A DNA stretch of 64,000 nucleotides from an uncultured Gammaproteobacteria bacterium (GCA_963729605.1 CAVSNY010000007.1:1-64000), one strand, 5' to 3'. Shown: positions 43,516-56,043, counted from the first letter of the stretch. Notes: generated from the letters alone by a model not told the origin. Made by a program: numbers and translations.

Positions 43516-44454
43516 TTACTTTTTATCCATGTCGTCGTTCGTGATTGGTCTCGGATCGACCGAATCGACCAACTGCGCCAGCATCGGTTTGCTGGCCTCG
43601 CCGAAATAAATAGAGCGGTGCGGAAAAGGAATTTCTATCCCCGCGCTGTCGAAGGCCTTTTTCACGCGGCGCTGAAACTCCCGCCCGACCTCCCATTGCT
43701 TGATGGGGTGGGTTTTAAGCCGGCCTTTGATGATTACCGCCGAGTCGCCGAATTTATCCACGCCGAAGACCTCCACATCCTCCTGCATCAGCAGACCGAA
43801 GCGCGGATCCTGGCGCAGCTCCGCCCCCACGCGATGTAGCACCTCCACGACCTGATCGGTATCTTCTTTGTAAGCCACCCTGATCTCAAACACGAAGGCG
43901 GACCATTCCCGCGTCATATTGGCCAGGGTAGTGATACTGCCGTTGGGAAAGACGTGCACCACCCCGGCCAGATCGCGCAGGACGATGGTGCGGAAGTTGA
44001 CCCGTTCCACCAGACCGCCGGTGCCGTTGATGATGGCCACGTCGCCCACCCGCACCTGATTCTCGAGGATCATGAAAAAGCCGGAGATGATGTCGCGCAC
44101 CAGATTTTGCGCGCCGAAACCCACCGCCAGGCCGACGATGCCGGCGCTGGCGAGGATGGGACCGACGTCGATACCCACTTCGCGCAACACCAGTAAAAAA
44201 CCCATCAGCCAGACCACGATGACCACGCCTTGCCGCAACAGGCGCACCAGGGTTTCGGCGCGTTTGGCCGCCTCGGTCGGCACTTCGCCGGCCTCCTCCC
44301 CCTTGTGGACCAGGCTGCGCTCCAGCCGGCGCAACAAGCTGCGCACGACCAGCAGGAGTATCCACACCACGATCAGGATCAACAGGATCCGCATGCCGCT
44401 GAAAATAATATCCCGCCACTCGACCGTACTGAAATACTCTTGCAATAACTCCAT
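43516..44454 (-). CDS. MscS family mechanosensitive channel
   Basis: GLAVGFGAQNLVRD, VGDV, FPNG, IEIPFP. Confidence 0.93.
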   Translation of the reverse strand: MELLQEYFSTVEWRDIIFSGMRILLILIVVWILLLVVRSLLRRLERSLVHKGEEAGEVPTEAAKRAETLVRLLRQGVVIVVWLMGFLLVLREVGIDVGPILASAGIVGLAVGFGAQNLVRDIISGFFMILENQVRVGDVAIINGTGGLVERVNFRTIVLRDLAGVVHVFPNGSITTLANMTREWSAFVFEIRVAYKEDTDQVVEVLHRVGAELRQDPRFGLLMQEDVEVFGVDKFGDSAVIIKGRLKTHPIKQWEVGREFQRRVKKAFDSAGIEIPFPHRSIYFGEASKPMLAQLVDSVDPRPITNDDMDKK

Positions 44455-44487
44455 CGGACCAAACCTCGCGTTTTAGATAGTCGCCAT

Positions 44488-46875
44488 TTAACGGCCCAGC
44501 CGCTCGGCCAGCGGCCGATACTGCAAGCCGTAAAACATCTCGAGATAACGGCGGGTCTCGTCCCGTTCCAGATTCGTTACGTATTTCCAGAAACCGTAAA
44601 TACGCGACAGGGTCATCATCCGCTCGGCATACAGCTCCCAGGTGTAGCGGCTGCGCACGCGCTGCACCGCGCCGCCGGCGATTTTTTCCCAATAGGTCTC
44701 GTCGGCGGCGCAACGTTCGAAGAAATCGGCCATGCGGTCCGCGGCGCGGTCACCGTGATTGGGATCGATGTGAAATCCGGATACGCCGTCGACGATGATT
44801 TCCAAAGGGCCGCCGTACATGGTGGCGAAGGTCGGCAGGCCGGACGCCATCGCCTCGATCACGGTAAGACCGAAGGCCTCGAACAGCGCCGGCTGAACGA
44901 AGGCGCCGCGGCGGTCGGCGATGTAGCGGTACAGTTCACCGCTGAGGTTTTTGTCGAGGCGTAAGCCCAGCCAGCGCAGTTCGCCATCCAGTTGATGCGC
45001 ATCTATCAATTCATGCATGCGCGCGATCTGATGCTGTTCCTCGGCGTCGCCGGAGCGGGCCGCGTCCACGTAACCGCCCACCACGACCAGGTTGGCCGCC
45101 TCGCGCAACCGCGGATTGTTGCCGTACCATTCGACCAGGCCGGTGATGTTCTTGATGCGGTCGAGACGGGCCATGGTGAAGAGCAAGGGTTTGTTGGCGT
45201 CGCTGAGCGCGCCGCGGCAGTCGGGATAATCGCGCTGATAAATCATCGCCTCGATCTCGGCATGGAGGCCGCTCAGGCGCCGCGCCGTTTCATGATAGGG
45301 AAAATAGACCTCGGCGTCGGCGCCGGGCGAGACGATGTTGAATTTCGGGTCGAAGGGATCCATGCCCTGCACCACCCGATACAGGCCGGGCATGGTGTAG
45401 GCGCTGTAACTTTCATATTGACCGACGCTGTCCTCGCGGCCGGCGATTTCCTGATAGGTGCTGGTTATGATGAAATCCGCCGCGTTCATCGCGATCAAGT
45501 CCGCGGTGAATTGGCAGCTGAAATGATACTGCGGCTCGTTGTCGCGCCAGTAAAGATCGGACAGCAGATATTTGGTCTTCTCCAGGGCGTGGGCGATATT
45601 GCACTGGGTGACATGCAGGCGTTGCGACATCAACGTCGCCACCAGATTGCCGTCGGAGTAATTACCGACGATCAGATCCGGCCGGCCGCTCAATTCGGCC
45701 AGCACTTCCTTTTCGGCCTCCACCGCGAACCGTTCCAGATAGGGCCAGATTTCGAAGCGCGAAATCCAGTGCGGCACCACCTCGCCCTGCGCGCCGCGAA
45801 ACGGCACGCGCAAGATGCGCGCGTTGCGGGTGCCGACCACCGATTCCAGGCGCTGATCACAGCAGGTGCCCGGCGGCGCGTCGGGAATGAGACGGGTGAC
45901 GATGAGAATTTGCGGTTCGATATCCAGTCCCTGTTCGTCGAGCCGGGCGCGCATCTCTTTTTCCAGGGCGCGCACTTGATCGAGAATGTACACCACCTGG
46001 CCGCCGGTGTCGGGCAGACCCAGCACGTTGGCCTGGCCGAAGTAACCGTGCGGCGACAGGATCGTCATATTGAAGATCATCGGCACCCGGCTCAGGAATT
46101 GTTCGAGCGCCGCCGGCGCCGGCGCCTCGAGCAGATCCGAGAGCAAGGTGATGGTCTCGCGCATCCGTTCGACATCGCGGCCCCAGCCGATCTCCAGACC
46201 CAAGGCCTGCAAGGCCGGGCCCACGACATCCCAGCCGGCGGTGCGCTCCTGGCCGCTGAGATAGGCGTCGGCGTGGCGCAGGGCCCGGCGCAAGTCCGCC
46301 ATCTCGCTGATCCGGTTATTGAGCATCAACTGGCGGCCCTGGCATTGATGCACCCGCAGAAAATCGAGCAGACGCCGGTCGCCCTTGCCCAGTTCCTGAA
46401 ACAGTTGGCTCGACAAACGGCGATTGAGAAATTCGACCCCGCGGCCGATGGAGCGCGCCTCATGCAGCTTGGGAAATTCGCGATTGAAGGGCCCGATGTC
46501 GAATTCCAGCGTCCACTCGTTGCCGTCGCCGCCGCCGATCAGGCGTTCCTTGAACTGGAGATACACGGCGGTGGAAACCGTTTCGATCTGCAAGGATTCG
46601 AGATGGATGCGTAAATAATTCCAGCGCGCCACATAACGGCGGGTGGCGAAATAAAGCCACGGTGTCCCCACCGCCGCCTCTTGCGTGATTCTGATGGTGT
46701 CCGCCAAGGGCGAATCCAGCAATGCCGTCTGCCCGTGCTCGCGACAAAAGGCGTTGAACTCGTCCCATAATTCGGAGCGCAATAAAAACGGTCTACCAAG
46801 GGCCGCGTAACGCCGCAATAACAGATAGACGGCGTCGCGGTGGGTCTGCACGAAGCTGGCGATGTCTTCACTCAT
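44488..46875 (-). CDS. Sucrose synthase
   Basis: [51 protein letters not shown]. Confidence 0.96.
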   Translation of the reverse strand: MSEDIASFVQTHRDAVYLLLRRYAALGRPFLLRSELWDEFNAFCREHGQTALLDSPLADTIRITQEAAVGTPWLYFATRRYVARWNYLRIHLESLQIETVSTAVYLQFKERLIGGGDGNEWTLEFDIGPFNREFPKLHEARSIGRGVEFLNRRLSSQLFQELGKGDRRLLDFLRVHQCQGRQLMLNNRISEMADLRRALRHADAYLSGQERTAGWDVVGPALQALGLEIGWGRDVERMRETITLLSDLLEAPAPAALEQFLSRVPMIFNMTILSPHGYFGQANVLGLPDTGGQVVYILDQVRALEKEMRARLDEQGLDIEPQILIVTRLIPDAPPGTCCDQRLESVVGTRNARILRVPFRGAQGEVVPHWISRFEIWPYLERFAVEAEKEVLAELSGRPDLIVGNYSDGNLVATLMSQRLHVTQCNIAHALEKTKYLLSDLYWRDNEPQYHFSCQFTADLIAMNAADFIITSTYQEIAGREDSVGQYESYSAYTMPGLYRVVQGMDPFDPKFNIVSPGADAEVYFPYHETARRLSGLHAEIEAMIYQRDYPDCRGALSDANKPLLFTMARLDRIKNITGLVEWYGNNPRLREAANLVVVGGYVDAARSGDAEEQHQIARMHELIDAHQLDGELRWLGLRLDKNLSGELYRYIADRRGAFVQPALFEAFGLTVIEAMASGLPTFATMYGGPLEIIVDGVSGFHIDPNHGDRAADRMADFFERCAADETYWEKIAGGAVQRVRSRYTWELYAERMMTLSRIYGFWKYVTNLERDETRRYLEMFYGLQYRPLAERLGR

Positions 46876-49030
46876 GGGACACCCCCTCCCGGCCGTCGGC
46901 CTCGCTCATGGCGCCGAAGAAGTCATAATGCTCGATGCCTTCCAAGATGCCCCAGGCATAATGACCGTCGGCGAAATAGATGCGCTCGCGGCCGCGCAAT
47001 TTCTCCAGCTCTTCACTGTGATTGCCGACCACCACGCCCAGGGTGTTGCCGGTCAGCATTTCTTCATCGTTGCCGGAATCGCCCACCACCAGAATGTGCT
47101 CGACGGGGATGCCCCATTTCATCGCCAGATAGCGGATGGCGCAACCTTTGGAGGCGCGCACCGGCAACAGATCGAGATACAGACCGTGGGAATAGACCAC
47201 ATTGGCGTGCAGCTTGCGGCGGCGCAGGCGGCGGGATATTTCGGCGATGGGCGGCGCCTCGGGGGCGACGAAGTAACTGAGCTTGAAGGGCAGTTGCTCG
47301 CTGGCGGGCTGCGGCAGAATGCCCGGTATATCCCGCATGGCTTCCTGCAACAGCGCGGGCTGCCAGCGGTAAGCGAGATGACGCTGATAACCCACGTCCG
47401 ACATGTGGCGCGGTCCGTAATAGATTTCGGTGCCGACCGCGGTGACGATCAAGTCGGGCACCGGCACTTGCCATTCTTTCAATATTTGCAGGGCACTCTC
47501 CAAGCGCCGCCCGGTGGCGACGCCGAACCCCACCCGGCCGTTGGTCCGCCGCAGACGTTCGACCAATTTCTTGAGCGCGGACCGGTCGCCGATCAAGGTA
47601 TTGTCGATGTCGCTGACCAGCAAACGGTCGGCGGTCGGCAAGGGATTTCTCTCCGCCACCGCCCGCTGGCTGCGTTGAGGTTTGTCGTGCAGGGTGTCGA
47701 TGGATTTCATATAACTCTCCACGTGGGAAGACCAGGAAAAATTTTGGGCGCCGGCCAGACCCGCCTCCGACCACCGCGTCCAACGCGCGTCGTCGCTCAA
47801 GGCGGAATGGATGGCCTCGCCCATCGCCTTGGCGTTCAGGGGATCGATGAGCAGGCCGTTCCGGCAGACCTCGATGATGTCGCGCGGCCCGCCGTCCTCG
47901 GTCGCCACCACCGGCAGACCGCTGGCCGCCGCCTCGATCAAGGTCAAACCGAACGGCTCGGTGAGCGCGGGATTGACGAACAAGCCGCGACTTTCCGCCG
48001 CCAGCCGGTAAAGATCCGGCACGTCATCGGATTGATGGTGTTTCGGATAGGCGACTTTGCCATAAAGATCGTAGCGGTCGATCAGCAATAGAATTTCGGT
48101 CAACACGCCGCGCGCGCTTTTATCCATCGCGGCGATGTCGTCGCGATTGCCGGCGACCAGGATCAGATTGGCCCGCTCGCGCAACGCGGGATGTTCGCCG
48201 TAGGCCTTGATCAGAGTGGCGATGTTTTTGCGTTCGTCGGCGCGCGACAAGGCGAGGATCATCGCTTGGCCGGGGTCGCGGAGAAAACGGCGAATATCCG
48301 GGTAAATCCCCGGTTTTTTCGTTTGCGTATCCGTCGGGTAGAAATGGGTGAGATCGACGCCGGGCGGTATCACCCGCATCCGCGCCGGCTGATAATTGTC
48401 GTAGATGCGGTATTGGCGCTCGACTTCCTGACGGGTACTCGCCACCACCAGCGCGGCGTTGTCGAGAGCGAATTCCTCGGCCTCGATGCGCTGGGTCATA
48501 TTGTATTGCTTTTCGATCACCTCGTTTTTCACGCCTTGATCGAGCAGGCGGCGTTTCTTTTCCCGACCCAGCGAATGACCGGTGAACACCAGCGGCACGC
48601 CGAGCAAGGCGGCCAGCCGCGCGCCGACGTAACCGGCGTCGGCGTAATGGCTGTGAATCACGTCCGGCACCCGTCCTATCCGGCGGATGTGTTGCAAGGC
48701 ATGATCGGCGAAGCTGTCGAGATGGGGCCACAACACTTCCTTGCGTAGGTAGCGGCGCGGCCCGCAGGGAATGCGCACGATGCGCGCCTTGGCCGCGAGT
48801 CGTTCTTCCGGCACGGCGTAGCTGTCATTCACTTTGGGATCGCTGATTTGACGAGTGAGCAGATCGACCCGCGCCACGCGGGGATGGGCGGCGAGCGCGG
48901 CGGCCAACTCGACCACGTATTTGATCTGGCCGCCGGTGTCGGCGTCGCGGCCCAACTCCATATCGTATCCGCGCACCAGGCCATGCACGCTGATGAGCAT
49001 GATGTATAAACCTTCGGCTTGCTGCTTCAT
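46868..49030 (-). CDS. sps: Sucrose-phosphate synthase with C-terminal SPP (HAD) domain
   Basis: [28 protein letters not shown]; HAD DIDNT, GDSGND. Confidence 0.95.
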   Translation of the reverse strand: MKQQAEGLYIMLISVHGLVRGYDMELGRDADTGGQIKYVVELAAALAAHPRVARVDLLTRQISDPKVNDSYAVPEERLAAKARIVRIPCGPRRYLRKEVLWPHLDSFADHALQHIRRIGRVPDVIHSHYADAGYVGARLAALLGVPLVFTGHSLGREKKRRLLDQGVKNEVIEKQYNMTQRIEAEEFALDNAALVVASTRQEVERQYRIYDNYQPARMRVIPPGVDLTHFYPTDTQTKKPGIYPDIRRFLRDPGQAMILALSRADERKNIATLIKAYGEHPALRERANLILVAGNRDDIAAMDKSARGVLTEILLLIDRYDLYGKVAYPKHHQSDDVPDLYRLAAESRGLFVNPALTEPFGLTLIEAAASGLPVVATEDGGPRDIIEVCRNGLLIDPLNAKAMGEAIHSALSDDARWTRWSEAGLAGAQNFSWSSHVESYMKSIDTLHDKPQRSQRAVAERNPLPTADRLLVSDIDNTLIGDRSALKKLVERLRRTNGRVGFGVATGRRLESALQILKEWQVPVPDLIVTAVGTEIYYGPRHMSDVGYQRHLAYRWQPALLQEAMRDIPGILPQPASEQLPFKLSYFVAPEAPPIAEISRRLRRRKLHANVVYSHGLYLDLLPVRASKGCAIRYLAMKWGIPVEHILVVGDSGNDEEMLTGNTLGVVVGNHSEELEKLRGRERIYFADGHYAWGILEGIEHYDFFGAMSEADGREGVSHE

Positions 49031-49947
49031 GCCGACCAGTCCCGCAAATAGCGCTGATATAGCGCCCGATCCTCGGCAATCGCGCCACGCTGGCGACACA
49101 CCGCGGCGGCGAAATCCGCCGCGCGCTCGGCGAGCACCGGCAGCGCCCAGCCGTTCAACAAGCCGCATATCGCGACCGCGCTGAACGCATCGCCCGCGCC
49201 GACGCTGTCGATCAAGCCGCTGACCGCCACCGGCGCGGCCTGATGAATTTCCTGCTCGGTAATCAAAATGGCGCCGCGCTCGCCGCGCGTCACTATCAAC
49301 AACTCGCCGCCGCAGGCGCGCCGTAAACCGTCCGCGCCGTCGAGCAGATCCGCCTCGTCGCGCAAACGACGCTGCAGCAGCACCGCCAATTCGTGTTCGT
49401 TGAGTTTGATCCAGCGCGCACGCCGCAAGGCGTCCTCCAGCCAAGCGAGCCGCCACCAGGGATCGCGCAGATTGATGTCGAGAAACACCGGCACGCCGCC
49501 GTCCCGCACGATGTCCAAGCCGGCACGGGCGGTCGCATGACGGGCGATCAGGCTGCCGTGATACAACAAATCAGCCGGCTGCCGATCCAGCTCGGCCCGC
49601 AGCGGCGCCGCGGCGATGAAGTCATAGGCCTGCTCGGCCAGGATATCGAAGCGCGGCTCACCGTCGACGAAACCGACCTGTACCCGGCCGGTGGGATGCG
49701 CGGAATCCCGCTGCACGGCGCGCGCATCCATGTCCCACGCCGCCATCGCCGCGATGACCTGCGCGCCCAATTCATCGTCGCCGATCCGGCTGATCAATAG
49801 CGGGGAGAGACCAAAACCGCGCAGATGCCAGGCCACGTTGAACGGCGCGCCGCCCAGAGTCGCGGTCCCGTCGGGATAGACGTCGTGCAATACCTCTCCG
49901 AATATGAGAGGCCGCGACGCCGACACGGCTACACGATTTTGTTTCAT
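49027..49947 (-). CDS. PfkB family carbohydrate kinase (fructokinase-like)
   Basis: GGAPFNVA, DINLR, DSVGAGDAF. Confidence 0.92.
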   Translation of the reverse strand: MKQNRVAVSASRPLIFGEVLHDVYPDGTATLGGAPFNVAWHLRGFGLSPLLISRIGDDELGAQVIAAMAAWDMDARAVQRDSAHPTGRVQVGFVDGEPRFDILAEQAYDFIAAAPLRAELDRQPADLLYHGSLIARHATARAGLDIVRDGGVPVFLDINLRDPWWRLAWLEDALRRARWIKLNEHELAVLLQRRLRDEADLLDGADGLRRACGGELLIVTRGERGAILITEQEIHQAAPVAVSGLIDSVGAGDAFSAVAICGLLNGWALPVLAERAADFAAAVCRQRGAIAEDRALYQRYLRDWSA

Positions 49948-50549
49948 ACGGCTTCCAATCGCTGCGGTGGCATATCGAAACACACCGTCTAAAAAATGCT
50001 CGACACCGCGTTATGCGCGGCTGATTTTTGATTTAACGCTGCAAACGGCGGCTGAGGACCGTATACCGGAAGGTCCGGTTTTTGGTGATGGCATCCCCGC
50101 ATTTCGCGGAAATACGCCAGTATCAATGATCTTTCGACGCGGCATGCGCCTAAAAATCGCGTATTAAATTGAGTGCTGATATCGACTCATGGGAATTTCG
50201 TGCCAAAAGACCTTAACATTTATCGGCGGTGATTTCAAAGATACGCGGCGAAAAGCCGCGTGGAGAGATAGATTATGAAGCCGCTTTTCCGTAAATTTCC
50301 GTTGAATGAAAGAATTTTTCCACTGATCGGCGCTCGCGCGGCGGACGGCGGCGCAGAGCCGCCGGCTGCGCGAGCGGATGGTAAATTTTACACGGAGGTG
50401 AGCGGTGGCTTGAAGTTATGGGGTATTTGAATCAACCCGGAGGACCGCCGGTCGATATCGATCCGACCACGCCGACACGGCCGTAAGAGACCCGCGACGC
50501 AATAACTTCATGCCGGATTGGAGTGCGTGGTCAATGTAGAAACGGAAAC

Positions 50550-50576
50550 ATCCCCTCCTCGACGCAAGGAGGGGAT
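50550..50576. repeat. CCCCTCC/GGAGGGG palindromic repeat downstream of glmS
   Basis: atcccctcctcgacgcaaggaggggat; same family as at 53.6k and 56.1-56.4k. Confidence 0.6.
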
Positions 50577-50626
50577 GACCAAACAACGCGCGCGTGATTC
50601 ATCCGGCGCGCCGCACGAGCGCGCCT

Positions 50627-52459
50627 TTACTCCACGGTGACGGATTTAGCGAGATTGCGCGGTTGATCGACGTCGGTGCCCTTCAGCACCGCGACGTGAT
50701 AGGCCAGCAATTGCAGCGGGATGGTGAAGACGATAGGCGCGATGGGGTCGGGCACCGGGCCGATCTTGAAGAACTCGATGTGCGGATCGGCCTCCACGTC
50801 CACCGAATCGTCGGCGAACACGATCAGCTCGCCGCCGCGCGCCTTAACCTCGTGAAGATTGGATTTGAGTTTTTCCAGCAAATCGTTGTGCGGCGCCACG
50901 GCGATCACCGGCATGTCGGCATCCACCAGCGCCAAGGGGCCGTGTTTGAGTTCGCCGGCCGGATACGCTTCGGCGTGTATGTAGGAAATCTCTTTCAACT
51001 TGAGCGCGCCCTCCATCGCCACCGGATATTGCGTGCCGCGGCCGAGAAACAAGGCGTGATGTTTGTCGGCGAAACGCTCGGCGAGTTTTTCGATCTGGGC
51101 ATCCAAGGCCAGCGCTTGCTCGATGCGGCCCGGCAGGCTCTTCAGTTGCGCCACCAGATCGATTTCGGTTTGCGCCGACAAGCCATGACGGCGGCCCAGC
51201 ACGATCACCAGCATCAGCAAGGCCACCAATTGGGTGGTGAAGGCCTTGGTCGACGCGACGCCGATCTCGGGACCGGCGCGCGTCATCAGCGACAAGTCGG
51301 TCTCGCGCACGATCGAGCTTTCCGGCACGTTGCAGATCGCCAGTGAAGCGCCGAAGCCGCGTTGCTTGGCCTCTTGCAGCGCGGCCAAGGTGTCGGCGGT
51401 TTCGCCCGATTGGGAAATCGCCACCACCAAGGAATTGCGGCGCACCACCGGCTGGCGATAACGAAACTCGCTGGCCACCTCGACGCTGCACGGAATGCCC
51501 GCCAGCGATTCGAACCAATAACGCGCCACCATGCCGGCGTGGAAACTGGTGCCGCAGGCGATGATGTGCACGCCTTGCACCTTGCTGAAAATTTCCGCGG
51601 CGCCGAGGCCGAAGGCCGTCTCCAATATCGTTTGACCGTTGATGCGGCCTTCGAGGGTTTCCGCGACGGCGCGGGGCTGCTCGAAGATCTCCTTCTGCAT
51701 GTAGTGGCGATATTCGCCGCGTTCCGCCGCGTCGGCGGTGAGCTCGCTCACCTTCAGCGGCCGTTCGACCACCTCGCCGGCCGCATTGAATATCGTCAAG
51801 CGGTCTTTGGTAAGTTCCGCGACATCGCCGTCCTCGAGAAAGATGAAACGCTGGGTCACCGGAATCAGCGCTGCCACGTCGGAGGCGATGAAGTGTTCGC
51901 CGATACCGACGCCGATCACCAGCGGGCTGCCGCGCCGCGCCGCCACCAGCACGCCGGGCTCGGTCTTGCTCACCACGCCCAAGGCATAGGCGCCGTGCAA
52001 TTCACCCACCGTGGCCTGCATGGCCTTGAGCAGGCTCTTGCCGCTCTCCAAGTGATGATGGATTTGATGCACCACCACTTCGGTGTCGGTCTCCGAGGTG
52101 AACTCGTAACCGGCCTTGCGTTGCGCGGCGCGCAGGCTCTCGTGATTTTCGATGATGCCGTTGTGCACCACCGCCACGATCTTGCGGCAGATGTGGGGAT
52201 GGGCGTTGGACTGGGTGGGTTTGCCGTGAGTCGCCCAGCGGGTGTGGGCGATGCCGCTGCGGCCGTGCAATTCCTCGGCCTTGGCCATCGCCTCCATCTC
52301 CCGCACCTTGCCCGGCGCGCGCACGCGATGCAGACTGTGATCGGCGTCCAGCACCACTACCCCGGAGGAATCATAGCCCCGGTATTCCAGCCGCTTCAGG
52401 CCTTCGATCAAAATAGGAACGACGTCCCGTTCCGCCACCGCGCCCACGATACCGCACAT
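50627..52459 (-). CDS. glmS: Glutamine-fructose-6-phosphate transaminase
   Basis: [34 protein letters not shown]. Confidence 0.99.
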   Translation of the reverse strand: MCGIVGAVAERDVVPILIEGLKRLEYRGYDSSGVVVLDADHSLHRVRAPGKVREMEAMAKAEELHGRSGIAHTRWATHGKPTQSNAHPHICRKIVAVVHNGIIENHESLRAAQRKAGYEFTSETDTEVVVHQIHHHLESGKSLLKAMQATVGELHGAYALGVVSKTEPGVLVAARRGSPLVIGVGIGEHFIASDVAALIPVTQRFIFLEDGDVAELTKDRLTIFNAAGEVVERPLKVSELTADAAERGEYRHYMQKEIFEQPRAVAETLEGRINGQTILETAFGLGAAEIFSKVQGVHIIACGTSFHAGMVARYWFESLAGIPCSVEVASEFRYRQPVVRRNSLVVAISQSGETADTLAALQEAKQRGFGASLAICNVPESSIVRETDLSLMTRAGPEIGVASTKAFTTQLVALLMLVIVLGRRHGLSAQTEIDLVAQLKSLPGRIEQALALDAQIEKLAERFADKHHALFLGRGTQYPVAMEGALKLKEISYIHAEAYPAGELKHGPLALVDADMPVIAVAPHNDLLEKLKSNLHEVKARGGELIVFADDSVDVEADPHIEFFKIGPVPDPIAPIVFTIPLQLLAYHVAVLKGTDVDQPRNLAKSVTVE

Positions 52460-52847
52460 AAAAATTCCTTACTGCAAAATTGCAATGGTTAAATCAGCTC
52501 GCCGTGAGACGGAGATCCCAGCGGACGAATCAAGGGGAGAACGGCGTTACCCCTTTTTGCAAATCCCAACGCCAAGGTCTTCGCGGCAAGCCGCGGGATG
52601 TTTGAAATTAACTTGAAATTTATCCGGCAAAATTATCTCACACCGATTTCCTTTTTTATATCGGCCGGCGGTCCGTCTTTCTTTGGCCCGCCTCGTGCAA
52701 GCTACTACGGCTTGAGCTGGGCCGGGAAAGAGGTATGCTTTTAAGCACGCTTGGCCTTTTACCCCTGCCCAGCCAGGCATTATCCCCCCGGCGCCGACCC
52801 ATCCCCGTCGCGCCGCCCCCGTACCATCGCTATCTAAGGAGAGAAGC

Positions 52848-53564
52848 ATGAAACATTCGATTCCCGCCGCTATTGTCTTGTTTGGCCTGGCCTCGACCCC
52901 GGTCTTGGCCGACGACCTCGACCAGATCGAGTTTTTGACCCAGGACCAGTTCAGGGACATATCGGAGGACTTGGGTGCGGCCCTCAGTTATAAACCGCTA
53001 GGTCCAGCCGAACCCCAAGGTTTGACCGGTTTCGACATCGGCCTGGAAGTGACCGCCACCCAATTGAAACACAAAGACAGCTGGGATGCCGCCAGTTCGG
53101 GCGATGCGCCCGACACCTTGTACGTGCCCAATATCCACGTCACCAAAGGCTTGCCCTTCAATATCGACGTCGGCGCCATGTACAGCGCCGTGCCCGACAG
53201 CAACATCAATCTGCTGGGCGCCGAGATCCGCTACGCGATACTCCCCGGCGGCCCGGTCTCGCCCGCGGTATCGATACGCGGCACGTACACCAAACTGAGC
53301 GGCGTCGATGACCTCGACTTCGACACCAAGGGGGTGGAATTGTCGGTCTCCAAGGGTTTCGCCATGTTGACGCCCTACGCCGGCATCGGTCGGATCTGGG
53401 TGGACAGTCAAGCCGACACCCCGACCCTCAGCGACGAGAGCTTTCAGCAGAACAAAGTTTACGTCGGCGCCAACCTCAATCTGGCGGTGATCAATCTAGG
53501 GGTCGAATACGATAGAACCGGCAACACCAATTCTTACGGCGTGAAGGTCGGCTGGCGGTTTTAA
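52848..53564 (+). CDS. Putative outer-membrane beta-barrel protein
   Basis: Signal peptide, alternating beta strands, terminal GWRF. Confidence 0.75.
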   Translation: MKHSIPAAIVLFGLASTPVLADDLDQIEFLTQDQFRDISEDLGAALSYKPLGPAEPQGLTGFDIGLEVTATQLKHKDSWDAASSGDAPDTLYVPNIHVTKGLPFNIDVGAMYSAVPDSNINLLGAEIRYAILPGGPVSPAVSIRGTYTKLSGVDDLDFDTKGVELSVSKGFAMLTPYAGIGRIWVDSQADTPTLSDESFQQNKVYVGANLNLAVINLGVEYDRTGNTNSYGVKVGWRF

Positions 53565-53655
53565 ACCCGCGACAACAGGCGTGGCCCATCACCGGCGGGA
53601 CACCCCTCCCTGTACCAGGAGGGGTGATTTCCGTTTCTGAATTGACGATATTACG

Positions 53656-54375
53656 CTAGAAACTATAGAGCAGATTCACCCCGGTCAAGGTATCGGTGTG
53701 TTCACCGCGGGCGCCGACGATGTCGCTGTTGTAGCGTACGGTGTAAGTGATTTTCGAGGAAAGATTGCCGACGATCGTCATCGTCAAACCGGTAACCGAT
53801 TCGATGAAGGTGTTCTCTTCGCCGAACTCGATACGCAGCGCTTCGGACAATTTGGCGTGTTCGGAAAGCCTGCCCTCGTATTTGCCGCCGAGAAAGCCCA
53901 GCGCTTCGTTCTCGGCCAAACCGGCGGTGTCGGGGCTCGCCACATATTCAGTCTGGCGCGCGCCGACACCGATCTCGGCTTCGAGCTTGTGCGTTTCGTT
54001 ATCGAGCAACTGGCGACCATAACCGACCACCTCTGAAAAACGGTTATCGATGGCCGAAAATTGATCCTGATCATAACGCAGAATGCCGAACGCATAATCC
54101 TTGCCCGTCAGGAAATAACGCGGCCGATAACCCAGCGCATAACGCTCGGCGGTCCGCGCGCCCAGATCTTCGGCGTAATACGCCTCGGCGAATAGGTTGT
54201 GCAGCCAGCGCAAGGCTTCGCGGTCGGCGTTGATCCGGCCATTCGCAACCGTGGTCTCGGTATTGCCGGTCGAACTGTTGACGCCCAACTCCGCCTCGCC
54301 TTTCCACTCGGCGTGCCCCGTGCCGGAAACCAGCATCGCCACGCATCCCGCCGTTATCAAGTTTGGTTTCTTCAT
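53656..54375 (-). CDS. DUF481/YdiY-like outer membrane protein
   Basis: Signal peptide, WKGEAELG..TGNT, TAERY, GYGRQ, terminal LLYSF. Confidence 0.8.
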   Translation of the reverse strand: MKKPNLITAGCVAMLVSGTGHAEWKGEAELGVNSSTGNTETTVANGRINADREALRWLHNLFAEAYYAEDLGARTAERYALGYRPRYFLTGKDYAFGILRYDQDQFSAIDNRFSEVVGYGRQLLDNETHKLEAEIGVGARQTEYVASPDTAGLAENEALGFLGGKYEGRLSEHAKLSEALRIEFGEENTFIESVTGLTMTIVGNLSSKITYTVRYNSDIVGARGEHTDTLTGVNLLYSF

Positions 54376-54418
54376 CCTACTTCTCCATCTCGTGAATTAT
54401 TGAATCGGTGAAATGAAC

Positions 54419-54765
54419 TAAAACCTATCTCAAAATTGGAACAAAAATCCCAAACCGGAGGCGTCATTCCCCCTCTCCCGCGAGCGGGAGAGGGGAAGGG
54501 GTGAGGGTGGTCGGACAACCACCGTCACGATACCAGGGCATCCTGCCTCCCCTCTCTCCCCTCACCCTATCCCTCTCCCGCCCGCGGGAGAGGGTATCTG
54601 TTCTGAATTTTTCTGTGCCTAACTGAATATTGCTTGCCCCAGTTGTCAGTCTCTCGTAAAAAATCGCAACGGGGATTGCAAGACAGCGCTCGTCGGCAAA
54701 TAAGCCATCGTCATGGGCGACCCGCCCGTTGAATATGCTCACAGTCGATTTTGAGATCGATTCTA
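54419..54765. mobile_element. MITE-like element with TA flanks enclosing an inverted pair of CCCTCTCCC repeats
   Basis: TA|aaacctatctcaaaat (54421-54436) ... attttgagatcgattc|TA (54748-54763), 13/16 inverted match; palindromes at 54468-54508 and 54551-54594. Confidence 0.55.
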
Positions 54766-55071
54766 ATGGATCGAAGCACATAATTCCCCGGGTATAGGGA
54801 AGAATCTTCAATCCGGTTTTTTAGTTACCGGTCACTAAAAACGGCTTCCGCTACCGCGCGCGGCAAGAAATGCGGCGATGAGATTCAACGCGACTGCATG
54901 ATGAAGTTGAAATACTAAAGCCTGCGCCGCCCTCATGCAATTTTTGAAAAATTTACACACTTGGAATTTTCGCTGAGGCGCCCCGCGACCATATCGATCC
55001 ACGCGAATAACGGCTTTTCCGTGAAATAAGGTGCGGCGGCACGCCTCGGAGAGAGGCGCACGGCCGCCGCG

Positions 55072-55872
55072 TTATTCCGCGGGTGGAACGGCGTTCAAGG
55101 CGGCGGATAAGGCATTCATCTCGTGCGGCGTGAGCGCGCGGCTCTCGCCCTTGGCGAGTTCACCCAGGGCGAGCGGCCCGATCGCCACACGGATCAAACG
55201 CAGCACCTCAGCGCCGCAGGCCTCTATCAAACGGCGAATCTGCCGGTTTTTTCCCTCATGCAAGATAATTTCCAGCCAGCTGGTTTTTCCACCGGCGCGC
55301 AGCAGTCTCACTTCGCTCACCTTCAACAAGGTGCCGTCCTCCATGGGCAGGCCCTCGCGCAACAGGGCGAACTGCCGGTCGGTAAGCTGGCTGCTCAATT
55401 GCACATGATAGGTCTTGCTCAGGTGCGAAACCGGATCGAGCAAGCGGCCGGCCCATTCCGTATCGTTGGTGAACAACAACAAACCTTCGCTGGCCTTGTC
55501 CAAACGCCCCACCGGGGCCAAGCCGTGATCCGCCTCATCCGCAAAACAACTATAAACCGTGGCGCGTTCGTGTTCGTCGCGCGCGGTGGTCACCAGGCCG
55601 CGCGGTTTATTGAGCATGACGTAACGTCTGGGCACGGCGCGCGCGGGCACACCGTCGAGACGCAGTTCATCGCGTTCCAATATCACCGGCGATTCCGGAT
55701 CAACGATTATTTTACCGTTGATGCTGACGCGGCCGGCACGCACCCATTGCGCGGCGACGCTGCGCGAAGCAAGACCCAACTTGGACAAGGCGCGCGCCGC
55801 GCCGACACGCCGGCCGGGCGGTTTGTCTGGAATTTTATTGGGCCTGGTAGGCCGCCGGGTGGACACGGGCAT
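55072..55872 (-). CDS. rRNA pseudouridine synthase (RsuA/RluB family, S4 domain)
   Basis: LNKPRG, VGRLDKASEGLLL, EGKNRQIRR. Confidence 0.92.
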   Translation of the reverse strand: MPVSTRRPTRPNKIPDKPPGRRVGAARALSKLGLASRSVAAQWVRAGRVSINGKIIVDPESPVILERDELRLDGVPARAVPRRYVMLNKPRGLVTTARDEHERATVYSCFADEADHGLAPVGRLDKASEGLLLFTNDTEWAGRLLDPVSHLSKTYHVQLSSQLTDRQFALLREGLPMEDGTLLKVSEVRLLRAGGKTSWLEIILHEGKNRQIRRLIEACGAEVLRLIRVAIGPLALGELAKGESRALTPHEMNALSAALNAVPPAE

Positions 55873-56043
55873 TGAAAAACATCTACTCGAAGTATTGGCG
55901 ATGCTTACTTTAACGCGTTTCATCATCGCCAGTCATGCGAGCTGGTTTTATTGGGCCAATTCGAGGCCTGGTATCGGCAGTTGGTCCAAGCCCAGAGGAT
56001 TTACTTGGCGTTAGCGAAGACGATGGTATTGCCGTAAGCGCCA

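Noticed and set aside
46868-49456. 862-aa version of SPS, and similarly extended starts for ParA (38993), EAL (23702) and gatB (31647)
   Set aside because: The extensions overlap neighbouring genes or lack homology; downstream ATGs match the family N-termini.
50190-50207. sigma54-like TTGGCACG upstream of pfkB (minus strand)
   Set aside because: The -12 element reads CC rather than GC.
50560-50627. Tn7 insertion at attTn7 downstream of glmS
   Set aside because: No Tn7 end repeats or tns genes are seen in the window.
54770-54811. MKILPY fragment resembling a DUF559 N-terminus near the palindromes
   Set aside because: Too short to support a call.
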